Source: Candidatus Fermentibacteraceae bacterium (GTDB lineage: Bacteria > Fermentibacterota > Fermentibacteria > Fermentibacterales > JCC-6). Taken from it: a stretch of DNA of 64,000 nucleotides. Every line of letters starts with the position of its first letter. Within the stretch, counting starts at the first letter, position 1. Below are positions 18,855 through 28,001 of this stretch, one piece after another. The stretch spans positions 99 to 64,098 of the forward strand of contig JAFGPK010000093.1 in NCBI GenBank assembly GCA_016936235.1. Reading direction: 5' to 3'. The translations under genes and the position numbers were made by a program. The notes beneath the pieces were generated by a model, which worked only from the letters and a program-made list of their open reading frames with translations, was not told the origin of the DNA and made no database searches.

Positions 18855-19985
18855 TCAGAGCATGTACTGCAGACCTATGCAGAACTGCGTCCAGGAGTCA
18901 TCCACATAATCGGAATATTCCTCCGGAAAGGACGTGCTCACACGGGACCTGCTGATCTGTGACAGGGCAAGTTCAACTCTCACCCTTTCGGTACTGTAAT
19001 CCCCGCCCACGGAGAATGCCGTTCCGACGCGGTTCATGTTCTCTCCCTCGTTGAACCCCACACCTGCTCTCAGGTTGATGGACTGCCGTATGGGCGTCTC
19101 GATGGACAGCTTGCCCTTGAAGTAGTTCCTATCGAAGGGAGCCGTTATCTCACCCTCGAATCCCATGGTGGTGTTGCCTATGTGCTCGGCCGTGGTTTCG
19201 CCGGCTATGGATAGCCTGGAATAGTAGCGATCCGCGGTACCTGAAGAGTAACATGCCCCGGCACTGATGGTTTCGTCACCGATCACAAAACCGGCATGGT
19301 AGCAGGCATCCGAGAGATCCCAGCTCCAGGTGGCCGTGGAATCAACCTCCGGCGTGAACTTCGCATCGTATGTGTAATCATAGCTTACCTCTCCGAACCG
19401 GAGACCGGCCGACACGCCGGCCGATAGGTGTTCGGTCGGGCTCCAGGAAGCCCCTCCGAGGGCTTCCCACAGGCCACCTGTGGACTTGAGTATCTCCAGC
19501 ACGTCTATTCCGGGATGCGAAGGGTTTTCGGGCAGGAAATGCGTGCCGTCGTACTGGAAATCCGAAACCTTGGCCACGCCCGCCGCAAGGACCAGATCCG
19601 GGCCGACTCTGTAGGCCATGGCGCCGGTTACCGATCCCAGACCCCTGTTGGATCTCTGAGTAACGCTTGTGCTGTCAACCACCTCTTCGGTCCAGGAGAT
19701 AGCGGACGTGGAACTCTCGATATTGAACCTACCGACATTGTAAAGGCATGCCGGGTTCATGAAGACGGCGGTGGCGCTTTCGGAGCCGAATACCCTGATC
19801 CCCACCATGGCGGCGGACCTTATGCTGATTATATCGATGGTGTTCCCATAGGTCAGAGCATCATGAAAGCCGTAACCGAGGACCGTTATCGGGAAAAGAA
19901 ACAGCAGCATCAGAAGCAACGGCATCAGCCGGCAGGCTTCTCCCCCGACAGTTTCCCATTTCCCGGATCTGAAGAAATAAAGCAT
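18855..19985 (-). CDS. Outer-membrane beta-barrel protein (PorV/PorQ- or FadL-like), paralog A
   Basis: ORF 18855-20051. Likely starts are the ATG at 19985 or at 19925 (MPLLLMLLFLFPITVLG signal). The C-terminal region shows an alternating beta-strand pattern and ends ...CIGLQYML. It shares motifs with 20610-21686. Confidence 0.55.
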   Translation of the reverse strand: MLYFFRSGKWETVGGEACRLMPLLLMLLFLFPITVLGYGFHDALTYGNTIDIISIRSAAMVGIRVFGSESATAVFMNPACLYNVGRFNIESSTSAISWTEEVVDSTSVTQRSNRGLGSVTGAMAYRVGPDLVLAAGVAKVSDFQYDGTHFLPENPSHPGIDVLEILKSTGGLWEALGGASWSPTEHLSAGVSAGLRFGEVSYDYTYDAKFTPEVDSTATWSWDLSDACYHAGFVIGDETISAGACYSSGTADRYYSRLSIAGETTAEHIGNTTMGFEGEITAPFDRNYFKGKLSIETPIRQSINLRAGVGFNEGENMNRVGTAFSVGGDYSTERVRVELALSQISRSRVSTSFPEEYSDYVDDSWTQFCIGLQYML

Positions 19986-20106
19986 GGCGGGTTCCTTTCC
20001 GAAGAGAATGATTGTACCTGCAATGATACAAGCGGGGACCGGTAAAATCAATATTGCCCTGCACCGTCCGTGGCCTTATTTTCCCGTTCATACGAAAGGG
20101 GAGCGC

Positions 20107-20550
20107 ATGGACCGGACGCTGGTAATACTCAAGCCGAATGCGGTTCAGAGAGAACTGGTCGGAGAGCTGATCTCGAAGTTCGAGCGAAGAGGGATGAAGA
20201 TCACGGCCATGAAGATGAGCCGGATCGACAGGAACACTGCCGAGGAGCACTACAGGGAACACGTCGGCAAAGAATTCTACGAGGACCTGATATCTTTCAT
20301 CACCAGCGGTCCCTCGGTGCTCATGATCCTTGAATCCATGGACGCAGTGAACATCGTCCGGGCTACCGTCGGCGCCACGAATCCCGCAGATGCGGCTCCC
20401 GGTTCCATCAGGGGCGACTACGCCACCAGCCCGGGGCACAACATGATACACGCATCGGATACAATAGAGTCCGCGACAAGGGAAATAGAGCTGTTCTTCC
20501 GCCCGGAGGAGATCCAGGAATACAGGCTGGCCGTCAGACCCTGGCTGTAA
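20107..20550 (+). CDS. ndk: Nucleoside diphosphate kinase
   Basis: An internal ATG at 20107, preceded by AAGGGGAG, gives MDRTLVILKPNAVQR...GPSVLMILE...NMIHASD, which includes the active-site His motif. The upstream 41 codons of the tracked ORF look non-coding. Confidence 0.95.
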   Translation: MDRTLVILKPNAVQRELVGELISKFERRGMKITAMKMSRIDRNTAEEHYREHVGKEFYEDLISFITSGPSVLMILESMDAVNIVRATVGATNPADAAPGSIRGDYATSPGHNMIHASDTIESATREIELFFRPEEIQEYRLAVRPWL

Positions 20551-20609
20551 CCGGGTTCGTGTTAACGTGGAAAAAACTGAAGCGCTCCCTGCCCGTCACG
20601 GACCCGCAA

Positions 20610-21686
20610 CTAGAGATTCCAGTTGACCCCCACGGAGAGAAGTGACCGGGAAACCTTGATATTCGAAGGAGTGTAGGGGGAATAGGAGACCTCTTCCCTT
20701 GTCAGCGAGGACCACGCGTAAGCCCCGTTCAAGGTGATCCTGCCGAAAGCCACTCCCGTTCCCACGGAGATCCCGAACCCCTGGCTGGGCACTTCCCCGT
20801 TCAGGTCCAGGAAGGAAAGCGATCCTCTGAAGGTCAGCGAGCTGGAAGGGGATACCTGCCCCAGCACCCTTGTCTCCAGGCTGCCATCGCCTCCGGGGTC
20901 CACCAGTTCGGCCTCGATACCCAGGGCTCCCTGCCTTGATTCAGCAGTGTAAAGTACGGCGCCGGCGGCTATGCGTGAATCGTAATGGTCCGTTCCCGAA
21001 GCCCATGACATACCGAAACTTGTGAGCCCGACTGGGACCATGACACCAGCGTGCCAGCAGAACCGGCTCTCGTCCCATTCAGTGGAGACAGTGGTGTCCT
21101 GCTCCGGGGCGAACCTGTTGATGTAGACCGAGTCACAGGTCGCTCCCCCGAACCTGAGACCTCCTGACAGCCCTACATTGATCCATCTGGCGGGACGCCA
21201 TGAAAACCCTGCGGCCGACTCGTAGAGACCTCCCCTGCAATCAAGTTCGAAGGACTCCGTGATCTCACCGGAGAAACTGTTCCTCTCGTAGTACTTGCCC
21301 TGGAATGATACGTCCGAGATCTTCGCGGCTCCCGCTCCCACCGCAAGCCTGGGGCTGAGCTGAAACTTGACTGCGCCGGACAGGCTGGAGACGGCCACCC
21401 AGTTGTAACTGACGTATCCGGTGGAATCATCGAAGGACTCGTGTATGACACCGGGTCCGAGGGAAAGCGTCATGGTAGTGCCGGGGATGCGATATATCTC
21501 CGCCGGATTGGTCAGGATGGAGAGGGCGTCCCCGAAACCGATCGCCCTCGCCCCGCCGAGGCCCATTGTGACTGCATTGAGACCGGGAAGGGGAGTACCT
21601 TCTCCCATCGTGGAAAGGTACCCGAAAGACTGAGCGGTACCGCTCAGCAGGAGCAGGCACGATAGAGCAGGCAGCCACCTTGCCAT
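20610..21686 (-). CDS. Outer-membrane beta-barrel protein (PorV/PorQ- or FadL-like), paralog B
   Basis: ORF 20610-21719. The preferred ATG is at 21686 (GGAGG 4 nt upstream), giving the signal MARWLPALSCLLLLSGTAQS. It contains the N-terminal motif MGLGGARAIGFGDALSILTNPAEIY and ends ...VGVNWNL. Confidence 0.55.
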   Translation of the reverse strand: MARWLPALSCLLLLSGTAQSFGYLSTMGEGTPLPGLNAVTMGLGGARAIGFGDALSILTNPAEIYRIPGTTMTLSLGPGVIHESFDDSTGYVSYNWVAVSSLSGAVKFQLSPRLAVGAGAAKISDVSFQGKYYERNSFSGEITESFELDCRGGLYESAAGFSWRPARWINVGLSGGLRFGGATCDSVYINRFAPEQDTTVSTEWDESRFCWHAGVMVPVGLTSFGMSWASGTDHYDSRIAAGAVLYTAESRQGALGIEAELVDPGGDGSLETRVLGQVSPSSSLTFRGSLSFLDLNGEVPSQGFGISVGTGVAFGRITLNGAYAWSSLTREEVSYSPYTPSNIKVSRSLLSVGVNWNL

Positions 21687-21735
21687 TCCGCCTCCAATTC
21701 CTCGAGCAGGGCGGGTCAAACGGGACCCGCACAGG

Positions 21736-23181
21736 TCAGGAGAAGTTGTCCTTCACGTAGTCGTACCCCATCTGGACCGCATCTTCGTTGAGCTTCATCA
21801 CCTTATCCGACTTCCCGGCGAAGAGAACGGGCATGAGGCTCTTGATCTCACCCGGGTCGAACATCCCGGTCACTGCGGCGAAGGCGCCTACACTGACCAT
21901 GCTCTGAACCCTTGTGTCACCAAGTTCGTCGGCCATGCCCGTGATCGGCACCGGGTAGACCTTGATATCCTTACGGGTGGGCTCGATGTCTATCAGAGTG
22001 CTGTTGTACATCAGCACTCCATCCGGAACGAGTATCTTCTCGAACTTCTCCAGGCTCGGCTGGTTCATGGCGATCACCATGTTCGGCTCGGTGCACTCGG
22101 CGGCTCCTATGGTCTCCTCCTGGACCTTCACGGAGCAGTTCGCGGTCCCTCCCCGCATTTCCGGACCGTATGACGGAAGCCAGCTGACATTGTAGCCGTA
22201 CTCCATGCCCACATTGGCCAGAGCTATCCCGGTGGACATAATACCCTGACCGCCGAATCCGGAGACCCTCAGGGCCACCTTCCTCAAAACGGCATCGGGA
22301 TTCTGCCTGAGATTCGCCGTCTTCAGGCTGCCGAATCCGAGTATCTTCCTAACCTCCTCCGGGTCCATTATCGGTACGGGTCTCTCAACGGTATAGGGCT
22401 GATCGGAGTTGTCCCGGTAGGTGTCCAGCGGGAACCTGGGGATCATGTTCTCCTTTATCCAGTTCTGCGACTGCACGGCGTCCATCTTCCAGCCGCTGGG
22501 ACACATGCTGAGGACCTCCACGAAGGAGAAGCCCTTCCTGTTCATCGCGTTCTGAATGCCCTTCCGCACCGCGGCCCTTGTCTTTCGGATGTTGGGCATG
22601 TCATGCAGAGAGGTCCTGGCGATGTACACGGGCGCCGTCAGCTGATTTATCAGTTCGCACATCTGGATAGGATATCCGTCTGTCCTGATGTTCCTGCCGT
22701 AGGGAGTGGTGGTGGTCTTCTGCCCCTCCAGGGTCGTCGGGGCCATCTGGCCGCCTGTCATTCCATAAATGGCGTTGTTCACGAAGAATACCACCATGTT
22801 CTCGCCGCGGTTCGCGGCCTGGAGGATGTTGTTCCCGCCGATGGCCGCAAGGTCGCCATCGCCCTGGTAACTGATGACCACGGAGTCCGGATTGGCGCGG
22901 GACACGGCGGAAGCCACCGCGGGGGCCCTGCCGTGGGCCACCTGCAGGTTGCCGGTGTCGAAGTAGTAGTACGCGAATACGCTGCAGCCAACGGGGCTGA
23001 TCACGATGGATTTCTCCACAAGATCGAAATCCTCAAGCGCCTCTGCTATCAGCTTGTGGAGAATTCCATGTCCGCAGCCGGGACAGTAATGGGTCCTGTC
23101 CTTCTCCGCCCCGGGCTTGTGCTTGTATACGTCAATGAAACCCCTGGGTTTTCTTAGTACCGTCTTCTGTGCCATGATCAC
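21736..23181 (-). CDS. 2-oxoacid:ferredoxin oxidoreductase, fused beta (TPP-binding) and gamma subunits
   Basis: 481 aa. The N-terminal ~280 aa carries the TPP motif GDGD...NN ([14 protein letters not shown]...[14 protein letters not shown]). The C-terminal ~190 aa is gamma-like ([18 protein letters not shown]...[16 protein letters not shown]). The start is either the GTG at 23181 or the ATG at 23175. Confidence 0.85.
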   Translation of the reverse strand: MIMAQKTVLRKPRGFIDVYKHKPGAEKDRTHYCPGCGHGILHKLIAEALEDFDLVEKSIVISPVGCSVFAYYYFDTGNLQVAHGRAPAVASAVSRANPDSVVISYQGDGDLAAIGGNNILQAANRGENMVVFFVNNAIYGMTGGQMAPTTLEGQKTTTTPYGRNIRTDGYPIQMCELINQLTAPVYIARTSLHDMPNIRKTRAAVRKGIQNAMNRKGFSFVEVLSMCPSGWKMDAVQSQNWIKENMIPRFPLDTYRDNSDQPYTVERPVPIMDPEEVRKILGFGSLKTANLRQNPDAVLRKVALRVSGFGGQGIMSTGIALANVGMEYGYNVSWLPSYGPEMRGGTANCSVKVQEETIGAAECTEPNMVIAMNQPSLEKFEKILVPDGVLMYNSTLIDIEPTRKDIKVYPVPITGMADELGDTRVQSMVSVGAFAAVTGMFDPGEIKSLMPVLFAGKSDKVMKLNEDAVQMGYDYVKDNFS

Positions 23182-24230
23182 ACCCCGTAAAGTTCGGAGA
23201 CTTTTTCAACGATCTCCAGGGCGGAAGGAACATTGCCGCCCATTCTGCTGTGAAGGTCGGATATCATCTTTCCCCTCAGAGCCAGGTTAACGTCGTTCAC
23301 GAGCTGCCCGTTGGACATCTCCACCGTGAGGATGCCCTTGATCCCCCTGTCGGGAAGGGCCAATACCTGCTCGTTTGGGAAGGGGAACAGAGTTACGGGC
23401 CTGAACATTCCCAGCTTCACGCCCCTGTCCCTGGCCAGGTCGACTGCGGAGCGGAGGACCCGGCTGACGCTTCCGTAGGCTATGGCCGCAATCACCGCAT
23501 CATCCATCCTGTATTCCTCTACTCTTACCTCGTTCTTCTGTACGAGGGCGTACTTTCTGGCGAGCTCTTCGTTCCACCATTCAAGGTCATCGTGATCGAG
23601 GTAGATGGAATTGATGAGGTGTCTTGAATCTGCGGTGCCCCTGACAGCCCATTCGCTCTTGTCAGGGAACTCGGATACCGGTTCGGGGAGTTCCACCGCC
23701 TCCATCATCTGGCCTATCACGCCGTCGGTGAGGACGAACACGGGATTTCGATACTTGTCGGCGAGCTCGAATGCGAGCATGGTGAGGTCGCACATTTCCT
23801 GGGCCGAATTGGGTGCGAGGACGATGTTCTTGTAATTGCCGTGTCCCCCACCCTTTACCACCTGGTTGTAATCCCCCTGCTCAGGGCCGATGTTGCCCAG
23901 CCCGGGACCTCCCCGCATGATGTCCACCACCACGCACGGAAGCGCCGAACCGGCGCAGTACGAAAGGCCCTCCTGCTTGAGACTGATCCCCGGACCTGAG
24001 CTTCCCGTCATGACCCGCTGGCCGCACCCCGCAGCCCCGTAGACCATGTTGATGGCCGCAACTTCGCTCTCGGCCTGGAGAAAGGTCCTTCCGAGCTTGG
24101 GGAAAATGGCTGCCGCTGATTCCGCGATCTCGCTGGCAGGAGTGATGGGATAACCGTAGTACGCCTGGCAGCCTGCAAGGGCGGCACCGTAGACCGCCGC
24201 ATAGTTTCCTTTCATCAGCTTTCTCGGCAT
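23178..24230 (-). CDS. 2-oxoacid:ferredoxin oxidoreductase, alpha subunit
   Basis: 350 aa with the typical alpha-subunit N-terminus ([30 protein letters not shown]). It abuts the ferredoxin gene with a 0-nt gap. Confidence 0.85.
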   Translation of the reverse strand: MPRKLMKGNYAAVYGAALAGCQAYYGYPITPASEIAESAAAIFPKLGRTFLQAESEVAAINMVYGAAGCGQRVMTGSSGPGISLKQEGLSYCAGSALPCVVVDIMRGGPGLGNIGPEQGDYNQVVKGGGHGNYKNIVLAPNSAQEMCDLTMLAFELADKYRNPVFVLTDGVIGQMMEAVELPEPVSEFPDKSEWAVRGTADSRHLINSIYLDHDDLEWWNEELARKYALVQKNEVRVEEYRMDDAVIAAIAYGSVSRVLRSAVDLARDRGVKLGMFRPVTLFPFPNEQVLALPDRGIKGILTVEMSNGQLVNDVNLALRGKMISDLHSRMGGNVPSALEIVEKVSELYGV

Positions 24231-24479
24231 TCAGCTCACCTCCTCGGGCACGTAATCCTTCAGGTAGACTGTGACAGCGCTCGGTTCAGGACAGACGTAG
24301 AAGCAGTTGCCGCAGCCTATGCAGCCCTCACCAGCGTACTCCGAATAATGGAATCCCTTAGAGTTCAGCTTCGGAGAGATCATCAGAACATCCTTCGGAC
24401 ATGCGGCCACGCATAGACCGCACCCCTTGCAGATATCCGGATCGATCTCGGGACACGGGTATTCCCTGTGTTCGTTCAC
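24231..24479 (-). CDS. 4Fe-4S dicluster ferredoxin (oxidoreductase delta subunit)
   Basis: 82 aa with a GTG start and GGGAGG upstream. It has two CxxCxxCxxxCP motifs ([24 protein letters not shown]). Confidence 0.85.
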   Translation of the reverse strand: MNEHREYPCPEIDPDICKGCGLCVAACPKDVLMISPKLNSKGFHYSEYAGEGCIGCGNCFYVCPEPSAVTVYLKDYVPEEVS

Positions 24480-24521
24480 TGTCAGACCTCCCGGTTCGTG
24501 TCAAAAAATCATGAGATTGAT

Positions 24522-24564
24522 ACTCATTTTGATACAGTGCATTGAAAGATTAACCAAAATGAGT
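24522..24564. promoter_or_regulatory. Inverted repeat (candidate operator) in the AT-rich region upstream of the oxidoreductase operon
   Basis: ACTCATTTTG at 24522-24531 and CAAAATGAGT at 24555-24564 form a perfect 10-bp inverted repeat with a 23-nt spacer. A third ATGAG half-site lies at 24511-24515. On the minus strand a TTGACT (24574-24569) sits 16 nt from TAATCT (24552-24547), so the right arm would fall in the promoter spacer. Confidence 0.35.
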
Positions 24565-24607
24565 CATAAGTCAACGCAAAAACACTGTATTCCACCGGAA
24601 AGTGAGT

Positions 24608-26197
24608 TCAGGGGATCACCTGCAGGTCAGTACCGTCCGTGGTCATGATGAAGGTCCCGTCGAGGTCGGTCCTGTAGATGACGGCCCCGTAACTCTCCAG
24701 CCTGTCCATCACTTCATCGTGGGGGTGACCGTAGGGATTGCCGTAACCCACTTCTATTGCAGCGTAGTCAGGGTCCACCGCGGAGAGGAACTCTATCGAG
24801 GTGGAGGTGCAGGATCCATGGTGCCCGACTTTCAGCACATCCGCCGAGATGTCGGTTATGTAACCCTGGGCCAGTGCATCGAGCACGACGTCCTCACCAT
24901 CCTCCGTCTCGAGGTCTCCGGTGAACAGGAACGTCACATCCTGGAACGTTACCCTCAGCACCACTGATGCGTTATTCGGATTATCGCCCAGGGGATCCAC
25001 AGGATGAAGGCACTCCACGGTGAGGTTTTCGTCCCATTCCAGGATGTCGCCTCTTCTCGGGGTGATGAAGTCGGACCCGTTCAAGTCTATGGCATCCAGG
25101 TAATCGTAGTAAGTGGATGTCGTATAGGGCATCCCGGAATCCCAGACGGTGGCTGCGGGCACGTTTTCGAGGACACCGATAAGACCTCCTATATGGTCCG
25201 AATGAGGATGAGTGCCTACGATGCCGTCAAGGCTGTCCGCTCCCAGGCTGTCCAGCAGGGGCAGCACCTTCTCCACCCCGCAGCTCCAGCTTCCGGACCT
25301 GTCGCCGCCGTCTATGAGGTAGAACCTGCTTCCCGGAGTCTTGAGGAGAATCACGTCGCCGGAGTAGTAACTGTTGTGGGAGGGATCGATGAAGAACACC
25401 GTTAGTCGGGGAGTGAGATCCGGGGTGGTTATCACTATCTCGTTGCTCCATGAGCTCTGGTCGCTGTCGTCTACGGTCTCAAGTGCGTAGTAGTAGGGCG
25501 TCAGACCCTCCACATTGTTGTCCTGGAATGTCAGCGTACCTGCTTCATCTATCTCGCATAGCAATGCGGCCGAAGATGGATCAGCCTCGATGCCGGGAAC
25601 GAGGGAACGGTAGAGTCTGTAGCATCTGAAGTCACCGTCAGGGCACTGGGACCATTCGAGAGTTATCTGACCGAACAGGCCGTTGCCGGTATAGGAACCG
25701 GACAGATAGGAGGGTTCCGGAGGAGCCGCAGGCGGGACTTCGATGACCTCCTCGTTGCTCCAGGAGTCCTGATCGTGATCGTTCACCGTGCGAATGACGT
25801 AGTAGTAGGTCCCGCCCTCACTTATCCCTGCGTCGGTCCATGCCGTGCTGGAAACGCTGGAGAAGATGACGCATGTATCAGCGTTCTCCGGGTTCTCGGC
25901 TATTCCGGAGCTCTGAGATCTGTAGACGGCGTACCATGCGAAATCGTCATCGGGGCATTGGGTCCACACTGCAAGGACCTGGTAACTGTACTTCCCCCCG
26001 GGATCCATGGGAGACCACAGATGAAGGCTCACTCCCCGGCCTGCGCGGGTGGGTCCTTCGATATCCTGTTCAAGGGATACGGTCAGGATGGACGGAGTGG
26101 GAAACACGGAATCAGCCGGTCCGGAGGGATCGCTGCAGGAGAGCAGGACGGTGACCATGATACCCATCAGGACAGCGGCTCTTGCGAATTCTCTCAT
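24608..26197 (-). CDS. Lipoprotein with two FN3-like domains and a ComEC-type metallo-beta-lactamase domain
   Basis: ORF 24608-26311. The ATG at 26197 has GGGAGGA upstream and gives MREFARAAVLMGIMVTVLLSC (lipobox). Repeated segments (WTQCPDDDFAWYAVYRS / WSQCPDGDFRCYRLYRS) suggest two FN3-like domains. The MBL motif is HPHSDHIGG. Confidence 0.7.
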   Translation of the reverse strand: MREFARAAVLMGIMVTVLLSCSDPSGPADSVFPTPSILTVSLEQDIEGPTRAGRGVSLHLWSPMDPGGKYSYQVLAVWTQCPDDDFAWYAVYRSQSSGIAENPENADTCVIFSSVSSTAWTDAGISEGGTYYYVIRTVNDHDQDSWSNEEVIEVPPAAPPEPSYLSGSYTGNGLFGQITLEWSQCPDGDFRCYRLYRSLVPGIEADPSSAALLCEIDEAGTLTFQDNNVEGLTPYYYALETVDDSDQSSWSNEIVITTPDLTPRLTVFFIDPSHNSYYSGDVILLKTPGSRFYLIDGGDRSGSWSCGVEKVLPLLDSLGADSLDGIVGTHPHSDHIGGLIGVLENVPAATVWDSGMPYTTSTYYDYLDAIDLNGSDFITPRRGDILEWDENLTVECLHPVDPLGDNPNNASVVLRVTFQDVTFLFTGDLETEDGEDVVLDALAQGYITDISADVLKVGHHGSCTSTSIEFLSAVDPDYAAIEVGYGNPYGHPHDEVMDRLESYGAVIYRTDLDGTFIMTTDGTDLQVIP

Positions 26198-26427
26198 TGG
26201 TCCTCCCGGTGATTGCATCCTGAACCTGAGGAATATAATCCTTAACAGGCATGCCCGGCTAACGAGCCCGGGGGTCACTGGTCCAGGCTCCCAGGCTGTG
26301 CCTATATTCATTCAATTGCAGTAACATGAACGGTTGCCCGGGGTTCCGGGCGGTTCCGGGCGGGAGGTTTCATTTGGAGTATTTCACCCAGGACGACGGC
26401 AGGTACGTCTCGAAGGGCGTACCCGGA

Positions 26428-26913
26428 ATGTCGGGGGGTTCTGGAGCGCTGAGGATAGCTGTTTCTATCCTGCCGATGGTGGTCCTGGCAGGAATAATCT
26501 TAAATTCCTCAGGCAGAAGCCTGGAGATGAACCCGGCGCTCCCGCTAATCGTAATGGGATCCGTATTCGGCCTCAGCTCGTTACTCGCGGCTGTACTCAA
26601 AAGCAGGGGCCGCGGCTCCGGCGTCGTGGTGGACCAGATGAAGGGCACCGTCACATACAGGAAGCCGGGCGGACAGAGGCACACGGTTCAACTGTCGGCC
26701 GTGAAGGAGATAGGCCTTCAGATCTCCGGGGCGGACATGTACACAGGCTCCGAAAAGAAAAACGACACTGGCGCCCTGATCTACCTGATGACGCCGGATG
26801 ACAGGAGAATTCCCCTGGCTTACAGCAGAAAGGGTCGCGAGTTAAGGCAGTTCGCCGATGAGCTGTCTATATTGACGTCCCTTCCAGTTCTGGAACATAT
26901 CGGGGGGCGGTAA
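26428..26913 (+). CDS. Hypothetical membrane protein (2 TM plus soluble domain)
   Basis: An internal ATG of ORF 26326-26913 is followed by two hydrophobic segments. The start is uncertain and I recognise no motif. Confidence 0.4.
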   Translation: MSGGSGALRIAVSILPMVVLAGIILNSSGRSLEMNPALPLIVMGSVFGLSSLLAAVLKSRGRGSGVVVDQMKGTVTYRKPGGQRHTVQLSAVKEIGLQISGADMYTGSEKKNDTGALIYLMTPDDRRIPLAYSRKGRELRQFADELSILTSLPVLEHIGGR

Positions 26914-27179
26914 TGGAGAATTACGAGATCCTGGCGGCGGTGGCCCTGGCTGCCGTTATCTGGGGAATAACGTCACTGATAAGGATCGTTTCCTACCTGA
27001 GTTCCAGGGGAACGAAGGTAAACTTCGTATTCATAAGGCTGTTCGCCTTGAGGTACGTGAACCAGTACAGGAACATGACAAGAGAGGAGACCGGAAGGAC
27101 CGGAGCATGGTTCCATTCCTACGTCTTTTCAATGCTGGGGGCCCTGGCGCTTGCCGTGGCCGCAATCCTTCTCAAATAG
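26913..27179 (+). CDS. Small membrane protein
   Basis: 88 aa with two hydrophobic segments. Its ATG overlaps the upstream TAA by 1 nt (TAATG). Confidence 0.4.
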   Translation: MENYEILAAVALAAVIWGITSLIRIVSYLSSRGTKVNFVFIRLFALRYVNQYRNMTREETGRTGAWFHSYVFSMLGALALAVAAILLK

Positions 27180-27199
27180 CCCGGGGACTCAGTACGCCT

Positions 27200-28000
27200 T
27201 CAAACGGGTTTTGTCCAGCCGGCGGTAGTCCTGGTGTAGCCCCCTATCTCCAGGGGCAGTTCATCCCATTCCCATCCTGTTAACCTGACCGCCCTGCAGC
27301 CGCGGCTTTTCAGGTATCTCTCCATGACCTCCAGGAATTCATGCACTTCAACATCATCGGCGATCTCCACGCAGTCCACGGCTGCGGCCGGGGCCATTCG
27401 AAGCTCCATGCTGCCCAGCCTCCTGCCCTTCATCTCGAGGTTCCATCTCTCATCGTTCCCCTGCGTCAGCCGGGGTGTGTCCCTTTCCGCCCTGCTCCTC
27501 CGCCTCCTTCTCAGCCAGAGCACCGCGGCAGCGTACAGGACTGCGAATACAAGTATCGCCTGTGGCACCGGAATGGAACCGGTGGCAAGCAGGAATGCTC
27601 CCATGAAGCTTCCGTGGACTGCGAACATGGCACCCATGGCGATGGAGGCGTCACCGGCTAATGCAGGACCTGCGGAAAAGCCGGCCATCCGCTTCATGAG
27701 TGATTCAAGCCACGGTCTTCCCATAAGAGTCGAGACAACCAGGACACCACCGAGTACAAGCTCGAGCAGGACGAATTCCGCTCCCGGGAAGCCGGCTCTT
27801 GAGAGATACTCGCCAAGAGCTCCTGTTCCCGCAAGTACCGCACCCTCCAGTATGAGGGAAGGGTGACTCCTCTTCCTCACGGCAAGCACAATGGAGAACT
27901 CGGCAAGTCCGAGGCCGAAAACGGCCAGGGCTGCCGCATATCCCCCCAGTAACAGCTCCGCAGCCAGGTATCCTGCAAGGACCAGCAGGGTGGCCGTCAT
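27200..28000 (-). CDS. Polytopic membrane protein with small cytoplasmic C-terminal domain
   Basis: 266 aa. About 5-6 TM segments are followed by an RRRRRS stop-transfer stretch and a ~90 aa soluble tail. The ATG lies 1 nt after the clpB stop. Confidence 0.5.
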   Translation of the reverse strand: MTATLLVLAGYLAAELLLGGYAAALAVFGLGLAEFSIVLAVRKRSHPSLILEGAVLAGTGALGEYLSRAGFPGAEFVLLELVLGGVLVVSTLMGRPWLESLMKRMAGFSAGPALAGDASIAMGAMFAVHGSFMGAFLLATGSIPVPQAILVFAVLYAAAVLWLRRRRRSRAERDTPRLTQGNDERWNLEMKGRRLGSMELRMAPAAAVDCVEIADDVEVHEFLEVMERYLKSRGCRAVRLTGWEWDELPLEIGGYTRTTAGWTKPV

Positions 28001-28001
28001 G

